Source: a virus. Taken from it: a stretch of DNA of 64,000 bases. The stretch lies in IMG/VR virus record IMGVR_UViG_3300045988_039444. One strand, given 5' to 3'. The notes below the pieces were generated by a model that saw only the letters and a list, made by a program, of their open reading frames with translations, did no database searches and was not told the DNA's origin. Shown here one piece after another: positions 47,567 through 56,268 of this stretch; within the stretch, counting starts at the first letter, position 1; each line of letters opens with the position of its first letter. Position numbers and translations under genes: made by a program.

Positions 47567-47800
47567 CTAATTACCAAATTCCCATTCAGCTGTATCACTT
47601 GCGAAAACAGTTATGGTATCATGATAATTATTATCTTTATTTAGAATAACAAGAGTTTTATTAACAGCTAATTCTACAACAGGTTCATCTATTGGCCAAA
47701 CTTTTTTACCATTAAGCCACATATCAAGAACCTGCCGACGATTACCATTAAGCATTACGACAGCTTCCGTAGCTCGTTCAAGAAGATTAAGTTGTGCCAT
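47567..47800 (-). CDS. Hypothetical small protein (77 aa).
   Basis: ORF packed between neighbours. Confidence 0.5.
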   Translation of the reverse strand: MAQLNLLERATEAVVMLNGNRRQVLDMWLNGKKVWPIDEPVVELAVNKTLVILNKDNNYHDTITVFASDTAEWEFGN

Positions 47801-47815
47801 AGTTGTAGAATTTTA

Positions 47816-48094
47816 TTAACTTTGTGGTGTTTCAAGAGCAGTCACACGACTTTCCAAAGAAGTATAATTACTCTCTAATGTACTTACTTTACCACTTAAA
47901 GTAGTAACAGTTTCTTGTAATGTATTAACAGTACCTTCAAGAGTTTCTACTTTTGTTTGTAATTCTTGAACAGTTGAAGATTCAGCCTTAGTGGCTAAAC
48001 CTTCAACTACAAAAGTAATTAACTTCTGAAAAGCACCAGTTTTCGGAGGCCAGTTTAAGGCACAAAATACTTTGCGAATTACTGATTCTTTCAT
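47816..48094 (-). CDS. Small coiled-coil protein (92 aa). Fibre-associated/assembly candidate.
   Basis: Heptad pattern …VETLEGTVNTLQETVTTLSGKVSTLESNYTSLESRVTALE. Confidence 0.55.
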   Translation of the reverse strand: MKESVIRKVFCALNWPPKTGAFQKLITFVVEGLATKAESSTVQELQTKVETLEGTVNTLQETVTTLSGKVSTLESNYTSLESRVTALETPQS

Positions 48095-48106
48095 ATCATT
48101 AAACCG

Positions 48107-51100
48107 TTAATTAGATTCGACATTACCAACCCTAAATATAGGATGTTCAATACCATTACCTTCTATTTGCATATAGTCAATACCATCATTTTCAAATACT
48201 GGTTCAGGTACTAATTCAATAGTTGTAACACTATGATTTGCAAGATTATCATAACTTTGATTATATTCAGTGTAGCCATCACGTCTAACCAAAATTACAA
48301 CCTTTGAATCATAAGTACCACTAATATGAGCTATACCTTGATAATCAGTAACGATAGTTTTAACAGAAGAACTAAACCAACAACTAATACCTGTGGTAAT
48401 AGGAGCTTTAGTAACAGAATCTACAAATTTAAGAGCTATATAATCTTGACCTTCTTTCGGATGTAAATCAATATAATTGACAACAGCTTCAGAAGGTTTA
48501 GCTGCAATAAACAATGCAGGTTCAGTAGCTTCATAACGAGTATCGCCTAAAGTCTTATAATTACGTTCGAAACCAATCGGATTAGCTTCACTAACATAAC
48601 CATCTTCTGATGAATCACAGTTACCTATCTTTTTACCAGTTTCATCATAAATGGTATCACTAATCATGCAACCAGTTAAAGCATCCCGTGTACGAACTTT
48701 AATAAGGCCGTTATTATTACGAAGACATAATATCTCAACTGTTTTATCAGTATCAAATACTACTTCTTCACTACCAATATTATACCAATCAGAAGATAAC
48801 GGTAAAGCATAATAAGTTATAACACTATTTTTATTCTTTGTGATTACCAAAGGTTCATCAGGTCTGGTTGTACCAACAGTAGTTCCAGTACTTGATATTT
48901 CTTTAATATCAGCAGCTAAATAAAGTTTATTACTATCATAAATTTCATAAGCCTTGATGGTTACAGAAACCTCTTCGGGTTCAGGCGGTAACTCTTCAAG
49001 TACAATAGTAACACTATGTTCACCAGTAGAATTAATCGTACCAGTTCCAGTGTTAGTTATATAACCAGTTTTAGAAGCTCGGAAATCAACACTTGTTCCA
49101 ACTGGAGCTGTAATAGCCTCAGATTTACCAGCAGTCAATTCATCATTATTGAGAGGTTTCCAATCACTTTCAGTACTGAGTTTATACTCAAACGTAACAC
49201 CGTCTAAAGCAGTAGATTCAGTATTTACAGCAGTTGCATAGATAGTACCAGATTGAACTGGAACTTTATCCATTTCAACAGTAACTTCTGCGGTAGGAAT
49301 TGCATAAGTTACCAGTTGTTCAACCTCTATATAACCCGACGAAACAAACCTTAAAATTCGGCTCGTATTGACATCTCCGATGAGTTGTAATGGCGTATCT
49401 TTTGTAACTTGACCTAATATACCACCCGTGTCTTTATCATAGACGTATGCGGCTATTTTGGCCTTTGTTTCGCTATCAACTACCGTAAGACTTACAGCAC
49501 CTTGTTCAACCGGTAGAGCAATAAGAGTAATATCACGAATTATATTCTCATCCAACGTAATACGCTCTTCATAAGTTTCATATCCACTTGCACCAACTTG
49601 AATTAAAATATCACGCGGGTCATAAGTTTCATATGTAAGAGTACCAGTACCTTGAGCAATAACTACATTAGAAGGTTTATCAGTAAATATAATTAAAGCA
49701 TTATCAGGAGTTGCATTTACAGTTAATGTCTTTTTAGTCTTAGGTGTAAGAACAACATTAATTGTCGTATCTTCAGCACCTACATCGACATAAACATCTT
49801 TTGTAATGTAATTCTCTTTTTCTACAATATAATGTAAACGACTTTGAATTAAACATTCAAGACTTGCACTGCCAACACCTACCGATTCTTTACCTTCCGA
49901 ATTAATCATTCGTATAGTAGAATCAAACGGAACAGCTTCAATCTTAATTGTTATATAATCTTCTTCATTTCGAGGAATACGAATCCAAAGTGTACCATCT
50001 TCAAACGTAGTAGGAATTTCGCTTGTAACTTCAATTTGATTAATACTGTTGCTACGAACATGATTATTATGTTCTACAACAATACCATAAATCTCATTAA
50101 TAGCATCTACAATACGTTTGTTATCAGTAACAAGTTCTTCAGAAGTTTTATCTTGCTTATTAATAAGCAAACCTTGAAGTTCTTGAGCTTTTTGTTTTAA
50201 TTTCTCAATATCACTTGCGGCTGTTGGTAAACCAACTTGTGCGGCAGTAACTCTATGAGGATTATCATAATTACGAATATGAGCATTGAAATTATCTTTG
50301 TCATTCTCGTAATCTTCTTTATCAAGTTTCTTGTTTATAGCAGCCCAAACATCTTGAAACTTTTTATTAACTTCTGTAACATGATTGTTAATCCAAACAT
50401 TCAACTGTTTGAACCAACCTTTAACCCTATTTTCAAGAGCATCAATGTACTCTTTTTGAGGTCGAGATACAGGTTTATCCATATCGGCAGTGTTATCAAC
50501 ATTGCCAAGACCAACTTGTTCTTTTGTTACCTCATGAGGATTAAACTTATTATTAATATGTTCAAATAAAAGTTTTGTAAGTTGTTCAACAGGATTTAAG
50601 TCCTCAGCTGTAAGCTCACGAACATATACTTGAACATCAAGAATCTCATTAACAGCATCATTAAAATCAAAATTGGTCTTTACATTCGTCCGATAAATCC
50701 ACCAAGATTTACCTTCATGAACATAAATACCAGTAAGAGTAAATATCTGATTACTTATGATACCTTGTACTGTAATTGTATGTATAGAACGAACAATTGG
50801 TACAAGTATATAAAGATATTGTTGAGTTGATTTAACCCACGGAACTTTATATTCATAATGTCCTACATCAATATTTCGAGATTCAAACTCGGTAATCTTT
50901 GCAGAACTAATATCAGATTTTTCAGTTAGCTTAAATAGAGCACTATTATCGTAAGCAGTTACATTAGTTAAGTCTATTTCAATCCTCTCCTTTGTCCTAT
51001 ATAAATATAGGTGGCCGTTTTTTCGATAGTACATATATAATGTAGGAACTGTTTTAACACCAGCACCTTCACCATCTACTGTACCAATATATTCTCCGGT

Positions 51101-51181
51101 TTGGCCATTATAAACACTCGGATATACACCATCTTCAAGCACACCGAGCGCTACAACATTTCGAAGATTAATTACTGCCAT
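48107..51181 (-). CDS. Tail fibre / receptor-binding protein (1024 aa).
   Basis: Two copies of the tail-fibre-type motif NPH-VT-x2-QVGL (NPHEVTKEQVGLGNVDNTADMDKPVS and NPHRVTAAQVGLPTAASDIE). Ig-like beta repeats. The C-terminal motif DGIDYMQIEGNGIEHPIFRVG is shared with the 571-aa protein. Confidence 0.75.
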   Translation of the reverse strand: MAVINLRNVVALGVLEDGVYPSVYNGQTGEYIGTVDGEGAGVKTVPTLYMYYRKNGHLYLYRTKERIEIDLTNVTAYDNSALFKLTEKSDISSAKITEFESRNIDVGHYEYKVPWVKSTQQYLYILVPIVRSIHTITVQGIISNQIFTLTGIYVHEGKSWWIYRTNVKTNFDFNDAVNEILDVQVYVRELTAEDLNPVEQLTKLLFEHINNKFNPHEVTKEQVGLGNVDNTADMDKPVSRPQKEYIDALENRVKGWFKQLNVWINNHVTEVNKKFQDVWAAINKKLDKEDYENDKDNFNAHIRNYDNPHRVTAAQVGLPTAASDIEKLKQKAQELQGLLINKQDKTSEELVTDNKRIVDAINEIYGIVVEHNNHVRSNSINQIEVTSEIPTTFEDGTLWIRIPRNEEDYITIKIEAVPFDSTIRMINSEGKESVGVGSASLECLIQSRLHYIVEKENYITKDVYVDVGAEDTTINVVLTPKTKKTLTVNATPDNALIIFTDKPSNVVIAQGTGTLTYETYDPRDILIQVGASGYETYEERITLDENIIRDITLIALPVEQGAVSLTVVDSETKAKIAAYVYDKDTGGILGQVTKDTPLQLIGDVNTSRILRFVSSGYIEVEQLVTYAIPTAEVTVEMDKVPVQSGTIYATAVNTESTALDGVTFEYKLSTESDWKPLNNDELTAGKSEAITAPVGTSVDFRASKTGYITNTGTGTINSTGEHSVTIVLEELPPEPEEVSVTIKAYEIYDSNKLYLAADIKEISSTGTTVGTTRPDEPLVITKNKNSVITYYALPLSSDWYNIGSEEVVFDTDKTVEILCLRNNNGLIKVRTRDALTGCMISDTIYDETGKKIGNCDSSEDGYVSEANPIGFERNYKTLGDTRYEATEPALFIAAKPSEAVVNYIDLHPKEGQDYIALKFVDSVTKAPITTGISCWFSSSVKTIVTDYQGIAHISGTYDSKVVILVRRDGYTEYNQSYDNLANHSVTTIELVPEPVFENDGIDYMQIEGNGIEHPIFRVGNVESN

Positions 51182-51462
51182 ACCAAGAACAATAACGAAA
51201 TAAATACTCCAACTACAAAGTTAATAATAATAGGATGAATTTTAAGACCAGTTATTGCTTTCTTTCTTACAGCTTGGATACCACAAGTAATGATTTGATA
51301 AGCTAATGTAATCCATAAACTCATAAACCAAGTAGCAACAGTAGCCTTAAATAAAATACCTACGACAGTAGCAATGACGAAACCAATAATAATATCGTCT
51401 TTATGTTCTGAATAATAACCACTTAAAAAAGTAGTTATTTTATTCCATATTTTCTTTATCAT
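51172..51462 (-). CDS. Small membrane protein (about 97 aa from the internal Met; the ORF track extends it to 51579 through the GC element).
   Basis: Start at ATG 51462-51460 (MIKKIWNKITTF…). Three hydrophobic helices (IIIGFVIATVVGILF, WFMSLWITLAYQII, IINFVVGVFISLLFLVW). The upstream extension (MTSGRATSCPTGERGRRPS…) is the GC element read in frame. Confidence 0.55.
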   Translation of the reverse strand: MIKKIWNKITTFLSGYYSEHKDDIIIGFVIATVVGILFKATVATWFMSLWITLAYQIITCGIQAVRKKAITGLKIHPIIINFVVGVFISLLFLVWQ

Positions 51463-51512
51463 AATACTAATCGTATTTATTGTTATATGACGATTAATAA
51501 TAATAATGGTGC

Positions 51513-51579
51513 AACTTGTATGGCTCGGCCTGCGGCCTCGCTCCCCGGTGGGGCAGGAGGTTGCACGCCCACTTGTCAC
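51513..51579. repeat. GC-rich repeat element, full copy (GGCC-TGC-GGCC hairpin), flanked by direct ACTTGT. Intergenic.
   Basis: AACTTGTATGGCTCGGCCTGCGGCCTCGCTCCCCGGTGGGGCAGGAGGTTGCACGCCCACTTGTCAC. Its left flank ACTTGTATGGCTC is shared with copy 28334. Confidence 0.9.
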
Positions 51580-51673
51580 ATAACATTAGCATCATTAAGA
51601 GAATAACTCCTAACACCACAATTAATAGCATTAGGAGTTATCCTTGTGGTTACATTTTTAACAAATCAATTTC

Positions 51674-52570
51674 TTACTTAATGAGTGCCAATACCCCTTC
51701 AAGTGCAGTAATTGCAGAAGTTTTAGTATTGTCAATAGCAATAAATTGAGTAACCTGTAAACCCTCTGTATGTAAATTAAAGGGATGTGTGAAATCAGCA
51801 CGAGAAGTAATTACATAAGTGTCATACATAACATCCTCGGTAGCTGTAAAAATATCACCATAAACACGGTCATATTCCTTGAAATTAGGATTATAACCTA
51901 CGCCGGCAACATCTGCTTCTTTCTCAAGTTTAGCAACTTGAACATAAGTACCAACAGGAGTTTGATTCTCAGTACCCTCTTCAAGCGTAGCACGAAGAAT
52001 ACCATCAAACGTCACATAATACTCAAAACCTGCGGCGCCAGTAAACGTAACACTTGCTTCGGTGAAATCATCAATCGTAATGCTATCAGTACCAAAACGA
52101 GCGTTAATCTTAGTTAAAGTCTTTTCAACTTCAACTTTCAGACGAGCAATAATATCAGCACTTGCTTCGTCAATTCCGTTGATAGTTACGCTAGCATTGT
52201 AAACTTCCAGAGGATAACCACCAAAAGAATTAATAGGCTTGCACGAGATGATAACCTCAGCATCGAAACCTTGATAACCAATACCACGATTAGCTACGAG
52301 ATTCGTAAACTTATACGTTTTACCAGCAGGAGCAAGATACTTTTCCTTATGTTGCTTCGACCACTTAGGATTAATCCAAACGCCGCGTTTAACCTTGCCA
52401 TCACCAAGACCAAGAACAAACTGCAACATCTCATCATCCTTGACATCCGAAGCAGCTGCAACGACTTTACCAGCCGAATTAAGAAGAACAGCTTGTCCGC
52501 GAGTCAGCTTGCTAACATCATTATTAGCAAGTGTTGTCAGAAAATCATTTGCGACAATTACACTTTTCAT
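51674..52570 (-). CDS. Head-module protein (298 aa). Capsid-associated candidate.
   Basis: ORF in the block between the portal-like gene and the tail genes. Beta-rich and Gly/Ala/Val-rich. Confidence 0.6.
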   Translation of the reverse strand: MKSVIVANDFLTTLANNDVSKLTRGQAVLLNSAGKVVAAASDVKDDEMLQFVLGLGDGKVKRGVWINPKWSKQHKEKYLAPAGKTYKFTNLVANRGIGYQGFDAEVIISCKPINSFGGYPLEVYNASVTINGIDEASADIIARLKVEVEKTLTKINARFGTDSITIDDFTEASVTFTGAAGFEYYVTFDGILRATLEEGTENQTPVGTYVQVAKLEKEADVAGVGYNPNFKEYDRVYGDIFTATEDVMYDTYVITSRADFTHPFNLHTEGLQVTQFIAIDNTKTSAITALEGVLALIK

Positions 52571-52573
52571 TTT

Positions 52574-53650
52574 CTATTCTAAATTTGATTGTTGTTTAAC
52601 AGCACTAAAACTGTCATCTTTAAGAACAAGAAGAATATCGCTAACTACACTATCTATGAAATCAGGTGTAACTTCCATATCTGACATTTGGTTAATATCA
52701 ATATTAAAAAGACGTGGCTTCTTAATATATGAAATCTTAACCGCATCAACACAAAAATCATCACCGTAATAAACAAACAGCCTATCATCAACAAGCTCAC
52801 TTATTGGATTAAGATGTCTGTTTTTATTACCATAGAAGTTATTTAGAGTAGCTCGAATATTTTCGGTAGCAATTAAATCATTTTCAGAAAACTTATTTCC
52901 TATATTTACGAACTCGTCATAAGTAGTATTATAAGTAATAACAGGAATGTCTATATCATTAACTTTCAATGCAATTTCATCTTTTGCATTAGAAGTAATA
53001 ATAATACAATCTTTATAATAACGACCAATCAGATTCTCCCAATAAACATTATATTCATTAGAAAGAGCTTGACGTAATCTATCACAAGTCAAACCTGCGA
53101 TTTCATACAAATCAATCTTATCTGAATCACTATCATAAAGAGAAAGAATATCTGAAATATCAATCTCATTCCCATTAACAATAATTTGTCCATTAAATTC
53201 ATCACCAGTTAAAGCGATTTTAGACAAATCAATTAGATGATAATATAAATTCTTAACTTCATCATCAGGATAAACTTCATGTAAATTCTCAACAAGTCGA
53301 GCTTTGCCATAAGTTAATCGAGAAGTAGAAGAAATAAGTTTTAGATAATCACCTGGAAGAATAACGAAAGCTCTATTTGGATAATCCGCATCTTGCTTAT
53401 CACGTTTAAGTTTAAGCCACGGTGTTTCACGTTTTAATGATTGAATATCATCTACACGTTTTTTACTATCTTCAAGACCTTCGCCTTTATAATTAGTTTT
53501 CCTATTTGATTTAGTTTGTATATATTTAACGGCAGCTCGATTCAGCATCATATCAATAAACTGAGGAGCAATACTCCGATGTCTATTAGATGTTATCTGC
53601 TGTATTCGTTGCTCTATTTCGATGTGTAACTCTTTTACCGTTTCATACAT
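52574..53650 (-). CDS. Head-module hypothetical protein (358 aa).
   Basis: ORF tightly packed with neighbours (3-nt gaps). Confidence 0.6.
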   Translation of the reverse strand: MYETVKELHIEIEQRIQQITSNRHRSIAPQFIDMMLNRAAVKYIQTKSNRKTNYKGEGLEDSKKRVDDIQSLKRETPWLKLKRDKQDADYPNRAFVILPGDYLKLISSTSRLTYGKARLVENLHEVYPDDEVKNLYYHLIDLSKIALTGDEFNGQIIVNGNEIDISDILSLYDSDSDKIDLYEIAGLTCDRLRQALSNEYNVYWENLIGRYYKDCIIITSNAKDEIALKVNDIDIPVITYNTTYDEFVNIGNKFSENDLIATENIRATLNNFYGNKNRHLNPISELVDDRLFVYYGDDFCVDAVKISYIKKPRLFNIDINQMSDMEVTPDFIDSVVSDILLVLKDDSFSAVKQQSNLE

Positions 53651-53652
53651 GA

Positions 53653-54660
53653 CTAACCTTTCAAACTACGATACTTCGCGTTCCACTCGGCAACAATACC
53701 TTTGTTGTTATCATTCGAGAAATACGAGATAGCATCATTAATATTATTACCAATAACATTTTCCGGATTAGAAGCATCGACAATGATAGAACTATTTGGA
53801 AGTTGTCGAATAATATTCATCCAAAGATAAATAGTAATCTTAGCTTTCATCTCCAGATGTTTATCATCAACAATACTAATAAACTTCTGTGGGTCACTGT
53901 CAATAAGTTCAAGAAGAACAGATTGCTTATCATCGGCAGTCATTGCCATAAATTCCGAATAATCGCCTACGCTACCTGTCGATACAACAACATTGTCGAT
54001 AAGTGCGCTATTCGGATTATTAATAAGTTCTGTATATTTCTTGAGAGCATCAGTGCGAAGTTTCGTCCGAGCAGCTTTGAGTGCTTTACGCTCACTATCC
54101 GAAGTAAGATAAAATTGAATATTGACGCTCTTATTAATGTCTTCAACCTTATTAGCAACTTTGCTACTTAAAAGGCAATATCTCCAACTAATATAATCGG
54201 GAATATTAACAAAAGTAACATACTTATAAAGTTCCGTTTCATCAAGTTCCTTAATCCGTTTCAGAACAATAGCTTCAAGTTCTGAACCAGTTTCATTCTT
54301 AATCTTATCAGCTTTTTTAAGTTTACCAATAAGTTCGTCGATATTACTTTTCAGAGCAGGATTACCTAAATCTAAAACGTAAGAAGTATCGAACTCTAAG
54401 CCATGAACAGGAATCTCAAGAAGAAAATCATTTAAGTATGTAGTGATTCGTTCTTGCCAAGAACTATCAATAGGAGATACACCAACAACAGTAGGAAGAA
54501 GAACTCGCATTTCCTCACTACGGCTCAGCAATTCATTAACAGGACGAATAGCAGAACCAAGACGAAGAAAGTCAGTTTTGAAAGCATCTTTATTCCGAAG
54601 TTCAAAAGAAGAAGGATTGTTCCTCCATTCAATACGAACTGAACGATTAACTTTAATCAT
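53653..54660 (-). CDS. Head-module hypothetical protein (335 aa).
   Basis: ORF tightly packed with neighbours. Confidence 0.6.
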   Translation of the reverse strand: MIKVNRSVRIEWRNNPSSFELRNKDAFKTDFLRLGSAIRPVNELLSRSEEMRVLLPTVVGVSPIDSSWQERITTYLNDFLLEIPVHGLEFDTSYVLDLGNPALKSNIDELIGKLKKADKIKNETGSELEAIVLKRIKELDETELYKYVTFVNIPDYISWRYCLLSSKVANKVEDINKSVNIQFYLTSDSERKALKAARTKLRTDALKKYTELINNPNSALIDNVVVSTGSVGDYSEFMAMTADDKQSVLLELIDSDPQKFISIVDDKHLEMKAKITIYLWMNIIRQLPNSSIIVDASNPENVIGNNINDAISYFSNDNNKGIVAEWNAKYRSLKG

Positions 54661-54701
54661 ATTTTTAACATTTTAAGTTATTCAATCTTTTATATGTTAA
54701 T

Positions 54702-54733
54702 GAGTAGTAATAACCTTTCGATTATTACTACTC
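54702..54733 (-). promoter_or_regulatory. Perfect 12-bp hairpin immediately 3' of the capsid-like gene. Possible attenuator or RNA-stabilising stem-loop.
   Basis: GAGTAGTAATAA-cctttcga-TTATTACTACTC, 12 nt after the stop at 54745. No U-run follows, so it is not a canonical intrinsic terminator. Confidence 0.4.
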
Positions 54734-54744
54734 AAATTGGGTGT

Positions 54745-56217
54745 TTAGTTCAGAGCTAAATCAAGCCAGAACGAAGTAGTAGGATTATCAATATTGATAC
54801 CCTGCGAACCAAGAACTTCATAAGAAGCAATATCCTTCGTATCCGACAGTTGAGTACCACTTGCAAGTCCCCACGAAGCAGGCAGTTCAGCCATACCTTT
54901 ATAGACACCTACTTTATACTCACGACCCTCTTCACAAACAAACTTAATATTACGCTCACCATTCGAACCCATAGTATGGTCAAGGAATACAGCACTATAA
55001 GAAGTAATAGGCAGACCTTGATACATATTACCGGCTTCACGATCACGACGAGCACGAATACCGTGGTCAAACATATCAACAATCTTGACAGTAAGAATCT
55101 TACCATTAAACATCTTATAACGGTTAAAATACTTACCATAAGACATCATTTCACCATCGCTCTTAATCTCGTTATCACCAAGAGTTACAAAGTAATTCTT
55201 AAGACGAGCATCATAGTAAATAGCATCATTGAACATTCGTGCAAAACCTTTACCGCAATAAAGAACAAGTTCCTCAACGGTAGAATCAATACGATTGTCA
55301 AAGATACGAGTGATGATACGGTCGAAACGATTAAGTGTCAGAACGGAATACGTTTCATAATTACCAACAGCTTTGAGAATATCAAGAACACCAGCACCAC
55401 GAGGAATTGCCTCACCAGTCTTTTCATCCTTTAAGTGGATAATACCATTCGAATCGCGGTTGTACTCCGAGAACCACAAGTCCTCTTCGAGCATCTCGCG
55501 TCGCATGATTTCCCACATCTTCATTTCGTAAGGCATCCACAGACTACGCTCACCACCTGATGCAGTATCAAAGGCAATATTAACAACCTTATTACCCATG
55601 TTACCAGCAATCTCTTTCGAGAAACGGTAGTAACCATACTGGTTAGTTGCCTTGCTGAACGACTGGTTATTCGAGCGGTTTCCGTCAGACTTGCTACCCG
55701 GAATAGTCGAAGCACCTAATGCCCAAATAGCACCACTAATGAAGTCTTTTGCAACAGCATCAGCCGAGATAGGAGCACCTGACATATTGGTAAAACGATA
55801 AACGTATCCACCAGTCGAAGTAGCAATACCCTCATTCTGAATACGCCATTGCATACCAGACGGAGCAATAGCCGTGTGCTGATAAATAAACCAATTATCC
55901 TCCATTTCAACCTCAACAGTTCCATAAGGCTGAATAGCAGTTTTATCAGATACCAGCTTTTTCAGACGAGAAGTAACACGCTGACGAGGAGCAATTTCCC
56001 AAGTATATTGAGTATCACCACCATTCAGCTTAACTTTTGTTGTAACAGCACCTTGACCCTCAGTAAGAGTAAGAAGAGGATACTTGTCACTATCCTTACC
56101 CCAAAGATAAGTAAGATTACGATTAAGTTTAACAGGGTCAATCAAATCAAAATTCAGAAGCATATTAGCATCTGTATATTGATTCGAGTCAAATTTTACA
56201 GTTCCAATTTCACGCAT
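54745..56217 (-). CDS. Major capsid protein candidate (490 aa).
   Basis: Size and position (after portal-like and scaffold-like genes) fit the Crassvirales MCP. It is followed by a strong hairpin. No diagnostic motif can be verified by eye. Confidence 0.5.
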   Translation of the reverse strand: MREIGTVKFDSNQYTDANMLLNFDLIDPVKLNRNLTYLWGKDSDKYPLLTLTEGQGAVTTKVKLNGGDTQYTWEIAPRQRVTSRLKKLVSDKTAIQPYGTVEVEMEDNWFIYQHTAIAPSGMQWRIQNEGIATSTGGYVYRFTNMSGAPISADAVAKDFISGAIWALGASTIPGSKSDGNRSNNQSFSKATNQYGYYRFSKEIAGNMGNKVVNIAFDTASGGERSLWMPYEMKMWEIMRREMLEEDLWFSEYNRDSNGIIHLKDEKTGEAIPRGAGVLDILKAVGNYETYSVLTLNRFDRIITRIFDNRIDSTVEELVLYCGKGFARMFNDAIYYDARLKNYFVTLGDNEIKSDGEMMSYGKYFNRYKMFNGKILTVKIVDMFDHGIRARRDREAGNMYQGLPITSYSAVFLDHTMGSNGERNIKFVCEEGREYKVGVYKGMAELPASWGLASGTQLSDTKDIASYEVLGSQGINIDNPTTSFWLDLALN

Positions 56218-56268
56218 TGTAAATTAGATTTTTGGTTAAGTTATTATTATAAGGCAAGAACATTTGCT

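Noticed and set aside
42806-51181. A diversity-generating retroelement acting on the fibre genes.
   Set aside because: No reverse-transcriptase motif (YxDD) was seen in any ORF, and no template/variable repeat pair with adenine-specific differences was found. The fibre paralogs differ throughout their C-termini.
3830-51579. The GC-rich repeats as a CRISPR array.
   Set aside because: Copies are kilobases apart and irregularly spaced, occur in both orientations and some are inside ORFs. There are no short regular spacers.
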